Shown: positions 39,803 through 51,932, counted from the stretch's first letter. The stretch: 64,000 nt of DNA from Eledone cirrhosa (GCA_964016885.1 OZ024755.1:17980001-18044000); one strand, 5' to 3'. The notes: generated by a model from the letters alone, not told the origin. Numbers and translations are program-made.

Positions 39803-40026
39803 TATCCTAGTACTATACCTGGCTATAAGTGTTTAACAGTTTCCTTGGATGTAATGTATATCCTAGTACTATACCTGGCTATAAGTGTTTAACAGTTTCC
39901 TTGGATGTAAGGAAGATCCTAATACAATACCTGGCTTTCAATGGTCAACAGTCTCCTTGGATGTAATGAATGTCCTAGTACCATACCTGACTGTGAGTGG
40001 ACAATGGTTTCCTTGGATGTAATGTA
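39803..40026. repeat. 56-bp tandem repeat, 4 diverging copies
   Basis: TATCCTAGTACTATACCTGGCTATAAGTGTTTAACAGTTTCCTTGGATGTAATG. Confidence 0.85.
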
Positions 40027-40492
40027 TAAACATAGAGGCTAAAAATAATCTAACTAAAATTACTGAGATGTTCTTCAGTTTCTAATAAAGAGCCTATGGA
40101 CACAGCATGGTTAGGGAGTTCACTATGCAATCATTAGGTCCCAGGTTCAATCCCACTGCATGACATCTTGGCACATGTCATTTACCATAGCCTCATGTCA
40201 ACCCATGCCTTGATAATGAAACTAGGTAGACAGAAACTGTTTGTAAGCCAGTCTGATGGGCTGTACCTGTAATTCAAAGGACCAGTCATGTCACACACTG
40301 TGTCATGCTGAATCTCCCTGAGAACTACATTAGGTGTATACGTGTCTGTGGAATGGAATGCTTGGCCATTTACATGTTAATTTCAGCAGACAGTAGCATT
40401 GATCACACAGGCGTCAATTAGGAAAGTCGTACAAAACTTATCCACTATTACATGTTTCCCAATATATGAACTACATCTCAACATTATTATTA

Positions 40493-40860
40493 TTGAATTG
40501 GCAGTATCGGTAGAGGGTCTGACGCCATGCTTTGACGCATAGAGTTACGGCCCTTGCCATTCTGAGTTCAAATCCCGCCGAGGTTAACTTTGTCTTTCAT
40601 CCTTACGGGGTCGATAAAATAAAGTACCAGTAATGCACTGGGATAATTGCTGGCCTTGTGCCAAAAGTAGAAACAGTTATTACATCTCTTTATGTTCTAA
40701 GTTCGAATCTTGCTAAAGTTGAAATTGCGTTTTATTCTTTCAAGAGTCAATAAAATAAAGTACTAGTCAATTACTGGGGTCGATCTAATTGATTTTCTCT
40801 ACCTTCTAATTAATGACTGGATAATTGCTGGCCTTGTGCCAAAAGTAGAAAAAATTATTA
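40493..40860 (+). mobile_element. SINE family B (Meta-domain-like), two tandem copies
   Basis: B box GAGTTCAAATCCC followed by CTTTCATCCTTACGGGGTCGATAAAATAAAGTACCAG. Confidence 0.8.
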
Positions 40861-41184
40861 TTGATGTTGGCAGAATTCCAGAGCTCTTGACAGTAACACA
40901 AAAGACTAAAATAAGAACAAATCTAGTTATCGTTATGAAGAAAGGAAGATATATTCCATTTAATAACAGTCATTGTATAGTATTAGATTTTACCATACAT
41001 GAAGGAAAATATGAAAAGAAAACTCCGGGGTGAGCAGAAGATCCGAGCTACCCTCTCCACCTCCGTTTTCCGGGGGAAGGGAGTCAACTGTATGTCTGTA
41101 TGTTCGGATGTCAGATTAATTGATAGCACACACAAAAAGGGAAAAATAATTATTTCCCACTGAAATCGAGAGGGGTGTTTATAT

Positions 41185-41350
41185 ATATTTATTAAAATAA
41201 CAGATTAAAGTTTAAGCAAAGAAGCGCTTCACCCGATTCTTTGCTTAAACTTTAATCTGTTATTTTAATAAATATTTGCTCTATGGTTCATATATATTTA
41301 TCCTTATCGAGCCCTATTTGGATTTTAGTCTTCACATTTATTATTATTAC
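41185..41350 (+). mobile_element. Fold-back element family C (short palindrome plus tail)
   Basis: Arms ATATTTATTAAAATAACAGATTAAAGTTTAAGCAAAGAA and its reverse complement; relatives at 36750, 42180 and 48592. Confidence 0.8.
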
Positions 41351-41378
<28 letters not shown>

Positions 41379-41381
<3 letters not shown>

Positions 41382-41883
41382 CAAAATGAAAATCCGAAGG
41401 CAAGGTAAAATTCCAATCATTTAATCACGACACATGTTTCAATAAGAGATAGATCGATTGTGAAGCCATGATCGATTATCACTGATCTCATCAGGTGAAA
41501 ATGAATTGTCTTCAAATTCTTGATATGAGGGAGAAAAAATAACGATGTTTTCTCACAGAATTCATTCCGTGAGAAAACATCGTTATTTTTTCTCCCTCAT
41601 ATCAAGAATTTGAAGACAATTCATTTTCACCTGATGAGATCAGTGATAATCGATCATGGCTTCACAATCGATCTATCTCTTATAAAAACATGTGTCGTGA
41701 TTAAATGATTGGAATTTTACCTTGCCTTCGGATTTTCATTTTGATACTTATACTCCGTTTTACATCATCTAGCTGTTCCCTTGAATGGAATTGGAGATAT
41801 ACAAAAGCGTGGAGAACTTAATATTGCTAACATAAAGTTATTGAACGATCTTACACAACCAATAATGCACCTTACTATATAAC

Positions 41884-41886
<3 letters not shown>
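41379..41886 (+). mobile_element. Fold-back element with ~180-bp arms, hammerhead motifs and a 140-bp tail
   Basis: Arms 41379-41560 / 41565-41746, TA tracts on both sides. Confidence 0.85.
41417..41504 (-). ncRNA. Type I hammerhead ribozyme (intact core)
   Basis: TCATTTTCAC-CTGATGA-[long stem II]-GAAA-CATGTG-TC-GTGATTAAATGA; the mirror copy at 41621-41708 has GAAA mutated to AAAA. Confidence 0.8.
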
Positions 41887-41950
<64 letters not shown>

Positions 41951-42127
41951 TATGTATGTATGTACCAACGATTGGATACACACGTCACACAACAAACGCT
42001 CATTTCACATATAAATACAAATTACAAACTCAAGCATAACGCACTTACATACATTACATATATACTCACACACACAATAAATATATATATATATATATAT
42101 ACATGTGTTGTGTGTGTACATATATAT

Positions 42128-42180
<53 letters not shown>

Positions 42181-42297
42181 CGATTCTTTCCTTAAACTTT
42201 AATCTGTTATTTTAATAAATATATATACATATATATAAATTCATACATATATATAAATACATACATATATAAATACATATATATACATATATATATG

Positions 42298-42328
<31 letters not shown>

Positions 42329-42336
42329 GCACTAAC

Positions 42337-42538
42337 CTCCATATCCAATAAGATCAACAGCGAATCCTTCCTTTGCAAAAGACAACGCATGATACTGCAT
42401 TCGTGGACTTCTGCCAATGTCAGCCAAGACGACGATGCACACACATTTGCGTCCGCTAATGATATAATTAAAGAGTATGTAAAGGATGATGAAGGCGACA
42501 ATCGGGGCGACAGCTAACCAAATAAGTAAATTAGACAT
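42337..42538 (-). CDS. ALG1: ALG1 coding exon 1 (N-terminal TM anchor)
   Basis: [23 protein letters not shown]...[18 protein letters not shown]...DLIGYG; the [10 protein letters not shown] hallmark; donor GTTAGT; possible UTR acceptor at 42646-42648. Confidence 0.98.
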
Positions 42539-45500
42539 TGTTGAATTTCCCGGAGGTCAGGTGTGGTTTAGCAGTAGACAATTTTGGGATGATGGTGAGC
42601 GTAGTTTGGGGTGAGATTCTTTTAAGACCTGCTTGAATTAGTCATCTGTAATATAACAAAATAAAAATATAACACACAAAGTAATAAATACATAAAGTAA
42701 AATCCATTTATTTAATGAAATAACAATTTCATTGAATGGAAAAGAATGAAAGAAAAAAGCTAAACGAAGAAAATACTGAATAGTTTAACTAGACAACGGA
42801 AGTTAATAAGGTTAGAAGACGTAAAATATTGTCATTTGAGAAAAAACTATAAACATAGAAAGAAGACAGAAATAATACTGTACTTTTGGAATGGAATAAA
42901 GCGATAGTTTCTTTGTTAAATGGTAAAACAAAGACATACTGCTCACAATCGAAACTTTGTATTTCATACACAAAGCTCTACATTGATCTTGTACATAAGC
43001 GATACGTATTAGTTAGATTAATATAATATATTTTATTTTATTTTATTTTATTTCTATAACTTCCGATAATGTAATTTTCTATATAAATTATATTGATAAT
43101 TATATTGTAATACACACTATGTTATTCCCACCTCAATCTCTCTATTTTGTTTTTGCATATATCAATAAATGTGTGTTTAACAGCTGTTCGTGTTGAGTTC
43201 GTAAGCGACTTAGTTATGACAAAACTAACATTTGTTTATTAAATAAACGTTATTTAATCACAGCTTCCCGTCTGTAACCCTTTCCATATCAAACAGCATA
43301 AACCCCACCCAAAGTTGCTTATGTTAAGATGTTTAGATTTATCTACAAAAAAAAAAAAAACCTTCCATCATAATTTTATTATAATTTTATGAAGTAAAAA
43401 CCTTTGTTAATTTTTTTTTCTTTTTCAAAAGATCGACTTTTATTCACAGTTGTATAAAAAATATAAATATAATGTTCCAAATTACCGGTAGCTAAATTAG
43501 GGTTTCTGATTTAGGTACACGGCCAGCAATTCTGTTGGGTGGGGGGAAATCGATTATATCGATCCTTTCAGTATTTCGCTTTTACTTTGTATTATCGATC
43601 CCGAAAATTGAGATGAAAGTTAAATTTGACCGTAACGGGATTTTGAATTGCGCAAAGCTTTTGTCCGACGCTCTAACGATTTTGTAATAACGAGAAAGTT
43701 ATAGTATTACTAAATCTTTCCAAATTTTGAATTATTTTCAAAATTGTTTGGAAATTATAGGCAGAGTTTTTCTTTAGATATATGGCAACGACACAAAAAC
43801 TAATAGAAAATAATTCAACAACACGAAAAATAATTTTTAATTCAGCCACAACTGTGACAAATAAGTTGGTCATAGCTTCGCATCTAACTTGCGCGGCAGC
43901 CAAACTAACCGAAGCATGTTTGCTATAGATAAGGAAAGTGAAAGTTGCGTGTTTAATGAAATCTGATTAAATACTGGAGTAGATTGTAAATATATTGGTA
44001 GGTTATAATTAAGTATTATATATCTTTTTATACACAGTTGTATAAATTACATTACAAATTGTTCGCCATTCTTTCAGAATAAAAATATAAATTCAAATAT
44101 AATAATTTTGATTTACGCACGAGGCCAACAAACACAGCTATAATAAATACAGTTAACTATTGCTAGAAACCTTACGAATAAAACGTACCAAAATATACAA
44201 TCAAAGCGAAAGAAAGATTTTAAAAAATTAAGAAACAAAACCCCAAACGACCATCAATTCACAACCAAGTGCGACAATCGACCGCACATCACAAGGGTCA
44301 ACAGAACATTTTCAAATGTGGTCAAAGTAAAGTATAACTATATTAGTAGGTTATAATGACGTGTGGTCAAATATTAGAATAAAGTATAATATATATAAAT
44401 TTAGAGAAAATAGTTGAAGCAACAGACAACATACCTGTGGTATTTAGTTACAGGATATTTATTTCCCTGAGTTCAAATCTGGTTGACGTCCACTTTGCTT
44501 TTCGTCCTTCCTGGGTTTAAAAAAAAAAAAAATCACCAATAAACTATTGGGTCTATTTATAATATATTCTAAACGTGAATGGAATTATATTAAATGATTG
44601 GAATAAAATTTATCAGTACGATATCTGCGGGAAAATAAAATTATACTGTATTGTAAGGTTTCTTAATTAAACGTAGAACTTTACAGTTTACCAGGGAGGA
44701 GAAATAATTTATCTTTCTTACGAGCATTAATGTCGAATATCCAAAACTTGGCGAAGCCCTAAGTTATGTATAAAGCTTGAAGACCCCTTGTTAAAAAATT
44801 ACATTTTACCTGTTCATTACTATATTTCTAATGAAGGTCACTGACTATAATTTTCAAATTATTTTTTAAATAATAAAGAATTTGGTAGGATTTGATAATA
44901 TAACTAAGTTTCTCATTAATTTGGTGTTTGGAACATAACTTACATAAAAATATGATGCAAGGTTAGTAGATAAATATAAACATTTTGAAATAAACAGATG
45001 TGTATCGTAGAACCAGGGGTGGGGTGGAACATAACATAGCAAAGGTTTTTACATTAAATAATGATATAAGGTTTGTAGATAAATATAAACACTTTAAAAC
45101 AAACAGCTTTGTGTGTAGAACTAAGTGTTTCAGGCGGTATTTTTTAAAACATCTTTTATTTGTTTTGCGACTCCTGAAGATTGTGAGATTCAAAGGTGAG
45201 GCAGGCTTGTTTAGCTTATGTCTAAATACGGCATTGGTGAATTCGTTGGAAAATTGGCGGTAATATATGAAACAAAGAAACAATGAAAATAGAAACACAA
45301 TTGTCAATACATGTACATGCAAAAATCTTTGAAATCACAAACAAAAATAAAATCGGATTTCTAATATATTAGTTAAAAATATAAGCTATTTATAAGGTTT
45401 TACAGTGACTTGGCTCTTCTCAAAAACTATTGGGGGGGGGGGGGGGGGGTATCTGCGTGTATTTATTTTCTCTCCTTTTTCTGTTTAATTTCTGTAGATT

Positions 45501-45650
45501 TGTTTATATTTAATTGTGGTTCCTGACCAAAATATTATGCTTCACCTGTGCGTAATATACATGACACACACGTGTATATATATATATACACACACACATA
45601 TATATATATGCGTGTGTGTGTGTGTACATATATATATATGTGTGTGTGTT

Positions 45651-45696
<46 letters not shown>

Positions 45697-45878
45697 CACA
45701 CACACACGCATATATATATATATGTGTACATATATATATATATAAAAACACACACACACACAGTTTGGATGGGACTACCCCATGTAAACTCTTATATCTG
45801 AAGAAGTGTCAATTAAGAGTCGGGATCCGATCGCCTGATCAAACAGAGCTAATCGATACAGAAACAATTGTATTGTCA

Positions 45879-46062
45879 TTGAATTGGCAGTATCGGTAGA
45901 GGGTTGGACGCCATGCTTTCTCGCATAGTTACGTCCCTTTACGGTTTGAGTTCAAATCTCGCCGAGGTTAACTTTGCCTTTCATCCTTACGGGGACGATA
46001 AAATAAAGTACCAGTAATGTACTGAGTAATTGCTGGCCTTGTGCCTAAAGTAGAAACAATTA
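45879..46062 (+). mobile_element. SINE family B copy
   Basis: Matches 40493-40680. Confidence 0.85.
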
Positions 46063-46290
46063 TATATATATTTCAAAGGAAACTTTTTATTATCATATAA
46101 CAAATATATAAGATTAAATAGAAGGAAGTACATACATATAATCAATTAATTATAGTTTATTATAGTTTAGATAATACATAAAAATATACAATAAAAGCGA
46201 AACAGAAAAAATAAAACATCAATTCAACACTAAGTGCGTCAATCCGTCGCCACAGCACGGGGTAATCAGAAATGAGGCAAGTCTTCGCAT

Positions 46291-46491
46291 TTAACCCTTT
46301 AGCATTTACATAACTCTATATTTACTATTATATTTTCACAGGAAAGGCCTTACCTCAAATAATGTCGAATCTATGAGATTTTGAGAACAATACCTTAACA
46401 TTAGTGTGAGTGACCAGTTATGGCCGGTTTGAACAGAAAGAGGTGAGAGAATTCTGGCTGAATGCAGACGGTTTACATTCTAAAGGGTTAA
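46291..46491 (+). mobile_element. Complete ~200-bp TTAA piggyBac-type MITE
   Basis: TTAA-CCCTTTAG...CTAAAGGG-TTAA. Confidence 0.85.
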
Positions 46492-47063
46492 AGGTAGATA
46501 AAATAAAGGATATAGACAGCTATTTAAAATTAAATTAAATTCTTACGTGGACCTCAGGAACTAAAATTTGAAAGGAGCAGGCAGAGAATAAATTAATGTG
46601 AAATTCATATACCTTTCTGGGGCGCAATGTTGACATAATTTTAAGTTGAAAAATAAACGGTTTGCCGCATTGACAGGCAAATTGTTTTGGCAACAACGGG
46701 GTAGCGGGAACTGCATGGCAGCTGTGTTTACTGACAACATTACCTTCTAAGGATGTAAGTAGCACGTACATGTTACAACGACGGATTATATTCAAAGATA
46801 GGAAAAACATCGAATCCACAAATATATCCGTTACAAATAATAATCTGATAATCAATAATTTCATATAGAGGTACACACACACACACACACACACACGTGT
46901 GTGTATGTATGTATATATGTGTGTGTGTGTGTGTGTGTCCCTATATATGTATATACGTATGTGTGTGTCTCTATATATGTATATACGTATGTGTGTGTGT
47001 ATGTAACTATATATATGTGTGTGCGTGTATGTAACTATATATATGTGTGCGTGTGTATTTCTC

Positions 47064-47094
<31 letters not shown>

Positions 47095-47095
<1 letters not shown>

Positions 47096-47284
47096 ACGAA
47101 GGAAATGTGGTAAGGAACCAGGTGGACCATAACGCATCAAAGTACTCAATACTTGGGGTAGTAGAGTGGGTAATAGGAACCAGTAAGACCCCGACGGCTG
47201 AGCTCAAGCCGTTTCGACGGCTAATTCTGGAATTAGCCGTCGAAACGGCTTGAGCTCAGCCGTCGGGGTCTTACTGGTTCCTAT
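47095..47284 (-). mobile_element. Fold-back element family E (55-bp perfect arms plus tail), with the 3' half of a hammerhead
   Basis: Palindrome 47173-47284 with a 2-nt loop; GAAA-CGGCT-tgagctc-AGCCG-TC; non-palindromic relative at 61041-61180. Confidence 0.8.
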
Positions 47285-47632
47285 ATATATATATATATAT
47301 ACATACAGAGATAGAGAGTGGGGGGGGGGGGGGGGAACAAGTAGGGTCTCGTATTTAAAATAAATCAAGTAAAAAAAAAATAATAATAAAACTTCAATCA
47401 ATTCAAACTATCCTCTTAATTTCAAGACCACATCTCTCTTTAGGGATGTTCAGACCTTAAGAAATAAGGGAGGGAACACCTATAATCTGAGTTCATCTGA
47501 CCCTTTTGAACCACACAGTCATATACATAGATACTTTATAACCCCCCCCCCACACACACACACACACTCTCAAGAGCGTGAAACTAATGAACGTTTGTTC
47601 GTACTGCCTCTGTTTTGTTCCCGTTCCATTTT

Positions 47633-47685
<53 letters not shown>

Positions 47686-47802
47686 TATATATATATATAT
47701 ATATATAAAGAAGACCATGCTCTCTATATGGAAGATCACTGATGAAGGACAAACTTTTTTCGTATGTAACCCCCATTTGCAACTCCGCAACGCCCTTATT
47801 AT

Positions 47803-48095
47803 CATATATATATATATATATAGTTTATATATATATATAGTTTATATATATATATAGTTTATATATATATATAGTTTATATATATATATTGTTTATATAT
47901 ATATATTGTTTATATATATATATTGTTTATATATATATATTGTTTATATATATATATAGTTTATATATATATATAGTTTATATATATATATAGTTTATAT
48001 ATATATATTGTTTATATATATATATTGTTTATATATATATATTGTTTATATATATATAGTTTATATATATATATTGTTTATATATATATATATAT
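47803..48095. repeat. Compound (TA)n-GTT microsatellite
   Basis: Directly visible. Confidence 0.95.
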
Positions 48096-48135
48096 TAAAA
48101 TATAAGTATTAATAAAATATATGTTCTTTTGATCA

Positions 48136-48198
48136 ATTACATTTTATTATACATATTTCGGATGTACAACAGTACGTCCTCATCAGACAAAATATAAT
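48136..48198 (-). ncRNA. Type I hammerhead ribozyme
   Basis: ATTATATTTTGT-CTGATGA-GGACGTAC-tgtt-GTACATCC-GAAA-T-atgt-A-TA-ATAAAATGTAAT: 12-bp stem I, 7/8-bp stem II, minimal stem III. Confidence 0.85.
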
Positions 48199-48337
48199 GA
48201 TACATGACATACCCTGAGATATTAAATGGTTAAGATTTAATCAAGGTAGTGATTACATCTACCTTGATTAATCTACCTTGATTAATCTACCTTGATTAAA
48301 TCTTAACCATTTAATATCTCAGGGTATGTCATGTATC

Positions 48338-48400
48338 ATTATATTGTGTCTGATGAGGACATACTGTTGTACATCCGAAATATGTATAATAAAATGTAAT
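48338..48400 (+). ncRNA. Type I hammerhead ribozyme (mirror copy)
   Basis: CTGATGA at 48350-48356, GAAA at 48377-48380, predicted cut after A48388; two stem substitutions relative to the left arm. Confidence 0.75.
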
Positions 48401-48540
48401 TGATCAAAAGAACATATATTTTATTAATACTTATATTTTAATATTAATAACTCCTGAAAATTATTTTCTGTTGAGTGCTTCCAATCTACTGTAAAACTCA
48501 TTCTTTGACATAATCATCGAATATTGTTTAACAACTTAAT

Positions 48541-48591
<51 letters not shown>

Positions 48592-48599
<8 letters not shown>

Positions 48600-48812
48600 T
48601 AAAATAACAGATTAAAGTTTAAGCAAAAAATCGCTGCTTTCACCCTTAACGTTGCAGAAGATCCCGTTAAGGGTGAAAGCAGCGATTCTTTGCTTAAACT
48701 TTAATCTGTTACTTTAATAAATATTTGCTCTACGGTTCTTATATATTTGATATATATTTATCCTTATCGAGCCCTCTTTGGATTTTAGTCTTCAAATTTA
48801 TTATTATTACTA
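48592..48812 (+). mobile_element. Fold-back element family C, longer copy
   Basis: ~60-bp arms spanning 48592-48724 plus the same tail as 41276-41350. Confidence 0.8.
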
Positions 48813-48870
<58 letters not shown>

Positions 48871-49011
48871 GTGGGTGAATGTGGACGGTGTGGTGGAAAT
48901 GGTAGAATTAGTAATTTTCTTTATGTGGTCAGAGCAAGAAACGTCAAAAACTAAGTTTGTCAGCTTGATAAACTGCGAGTTAAAATTATTTTATTTGGGA
49001 GAGTGTGATAC

Positions 49012-49770
49012 ACACTGTAGAGCTAACCTAGGGCACTAAATACCCAAGCACAAATTGTAGAGTTAACCTAGGGTACTAAATACCCAAGCACAAATTGTAG
49101 AGTTAACCTAGGGTACTAAATACCCAAGCACAAATTGTAGAGCTAACTTAGGGCACTAAATACCCAAGCACAAATTGCACAGCTAACCTAGAGTACTAAA
49201 TACCTAGATACACATTGTAGAGCCAATCTAGGGTACTAAATACCCAAACACAAATTGTAGAGCTAACCTAGGGTACTAAATACCCAAGCACAAATTGTAG
49301 AGTTAATCTAGGGTATTAAATACCCAAGCAAAAATTGTAGAGCTAACTTAGGGCACTAAATACCCAAGCACAAATTGCACAGCTAACCTAGGGTACTAAA
49401 TACCTAGATACACATTGTAGAGCCAATCTAGGGTACTAAATACCCAAGCACAAATTGTAGAGCTAACTTAGGGCACTAAATACCCAAGCACAAATTGCAC
49501 AGCTAACCTAGAGTACTAAATACCTAGATACACATTGTAGAGCCAATCTAGGGTACTAAATACCCAAGCACAAATTGTAGAGCTAACGTAGGGTACTAAA
49601 TACCCAAGCACAAATTCTAGAGTTAGCCTAGGGTACTAAATACCTAGATACACATTGCAGAGCTAATCTAGGTTACTAAATACCTAGATACACACTGTAG
49701 AGCTAATCTAGGTTATTAAATACCTAGATACACATTGTAGAGCTAACCTAGGGTACTAAATACCTAGGTA
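49012..49770. repeat. 40-bp minisatellite, ~19 units
   Basis: ATTGTAGAGCTAACCTAGGGTACTAAATACCCAAGCACAA. Confidence 0.96.
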
Positions 49771-51554
49771 CCGGTCCTGAATGTGAAGCGTGTTTACAAT
49801 TCCATCAGTCCATCGTCATTGCAGTCATCTGGATTTGAAAGTGTTAACAGTTCGCATTTAATTTAGTGTACAGGGGACGTAACTCTATAAATCTCCAACT
49901 ACAAACCGCAATTGGGGAAAGAGACTTGCATGTTCCACTCCCACCACCTCTGCTTTTTTTTCTTCTTCTTCTTCTTCTACCACCACTTCTACGAGATATG
50001 AAGCAGTTCTGTTGAAGAAAGTTTTCAAATCATACTTGATAAGCGAATGATAAATGCGAGTGATAAATTGAGTGTTATAATAAACAAAGGAAAACAAAGA
50101 CAGCGAAGGAGCCACTATATAGTGGATAGATAGCTAGAGGGGCTTTTGACCTGTGGGGTCTTATTTTGTTCGGGGAGGTTTTTCGTGAGGTTCTTGAATG
50201 CATTTGATCATCATTCTCCTTGATCGAGGTTGACCTAGAGTTAAACAACAAAGAATTACAAAGTAGTAATGCTATATTAATATAGTATGTATTATCTCCC
50301 TTGGTATTGTATTTAACCATGTAAATAAAGCACATAATCTTTTTATATATAATGTTAGATGTTACTACTTGCTACACTGATGCTAATTTCTGGTGAAAAT
50401 TACAAATGATTGTAAGTAAATATGTCATTTTAACATCATAGATCTATCTATCTACTTATGTTTGTCTTGACCATCTAAAACTCTTCTTAAATGTCTTGTT
50501 CGGAAATACTAACGTTATTTTATAGATTTCACTACTCGTATCGTATCTTATATAAATGTATATATATATATATATATATTGTCACATTACATATTGGATT
50601 GCGTGTCAACGTGGTCTTCTTCTCAAGCTAGATCAGAGGTGGTTTCAGGTAGGGAAGGAAATTGGTGTGAGCTTACGATTTTGAGGGAGCCTTCTCGCGT
50701 CAGGTTCTACTCTCAGGTTTTGAAAAAACGTATCCCCGCCACTTGCTTATTAAATTTTGCTAATCTATCTCCAACTGCGACAATTAGTTTTCTTTAAGCA
50801 TTAAAGTACATTACTAGAAATCTCATATGTTATAAAATAAATAGGATGGATTGGAGTCTAAACGACTAATTCTGGTCTTTTAAAAAATCAACGGAGACAA
50901 CCTAAATAAATTACCGATTCTCCCCACCTCGCTTATTCCAACTCCCCTGCTTATTCCACCTCTTCTTATTTGGGACCCGACAGTAGTTCTTTTAATCTAT
51001 TCTTTTATTTGTAAGTACTTATACGTATAAATACATCATGTCGTAATTACTTGCGTCTCTCCCGGAAAACCGAGGGGGAAAAGGGAGACCCTCGGATCTG
51101 CCCTCCCCTCCCCATATCGGTGTTTTCTTTACCCCCTATCGATAACCCCAACCCATACATGTCATTCGAATTATGTGTTGCAACATTTGTAATGAGAATC
51201 AATTACAGTTTGTCCTATTTGTCACAATAGAAATGTCTTCCACGTCGTGTGTAACAGCTTTGAAACGGAGGAAGCAGAAATAAAAGAAGAAATCCACAAA
51301 AACGAAACGTGGTGGTTGTGGAGGGGTGGCATGTCTGGTGAGGGTGGAATGTCTCGTGAGGGTGGATCTGGGAGATGAGACATAGTAAACTTAATGGGAA
51401 GAGGAGAGATAACTATGCTTAGCAGTTAGGGTATGCAAAGTAGCTCTAGAGGAGATTTAGTGACACTTGTAATAATTTAATAGCAGTAGAAGAAGCTGGT
51501 GATAGAAGCCTGTTGGTAAGTGAATCTTTGCAACTCAGTGGGATGTATTATTTT

Positions 51555-51932
51555 AATCGGTAGAGGGTCGGACGCCATGCTTTCCAGCATAGTTACGTCC
51601 CTTTACAATCTGAGTTCAAATCCCGCCGAGGTTGACTTTGCCTTTCATCCTTACAGGGTCGATAAAATAAAGTACCAGTAATGCACTTGTGCCTAAAGTA
51701 GAAACAATTATTTTATATGTGGGTTTAACTCTTTAGCATTTACATTACTCTATATTTACTAATGTATTTTTGTGGTAAAAGCTTTACCTCACATAATTAC
51801 CTCACATAATATCGAATCTACGAGATTTTGATGTTATCTATTTTGAGAACAATACCTTAACATCAGTATGAGTGGCCAGTTTGAACAGAAAGAGGTGATA
51901 GAATTCTGGCTGGTTTAAATGCTAAAGGGTAA
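51555..51932 (+). mobile_element. SINE family B copy followed by a TTAA MITE copy
   Basis: SINE B body at 51555-51710; MITE at 51725-51932. Confidence 0.8.

Larger units (their letters stand above)
48092..48545 (+). mobile_element. Fold-back element with ~157-bp arms, two hammerhead motifs and a 100-bp tail
   Basis: Arms 48092-48248 / 48287-48444; centre has ATCTACCTTGATTA x3; TA tracts on both sides. Confidence 0.85.

Noticed and set aside
43673-43903. 76-aa ORF as an upstream ALG1 coding exon
   Set aside because: No similarity to ALG1, which is already complete from 42538
45510-47149. YI/CV-rich ORFs
   Set aside because: Translations of TA/CA microsatellites
47708-47805. CTGATGA in a short TA-flanked insert as a hammerhead
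   Set aside because: No GAAA or partner stems in the fragment; could be a truncated element but cannot be supported
48650-48695. Hammerhead in family C (CAGAAGA-TCCC...GGGT-GAAA)
   Set aside because: Non-canonical core, and no convincing stem I or III
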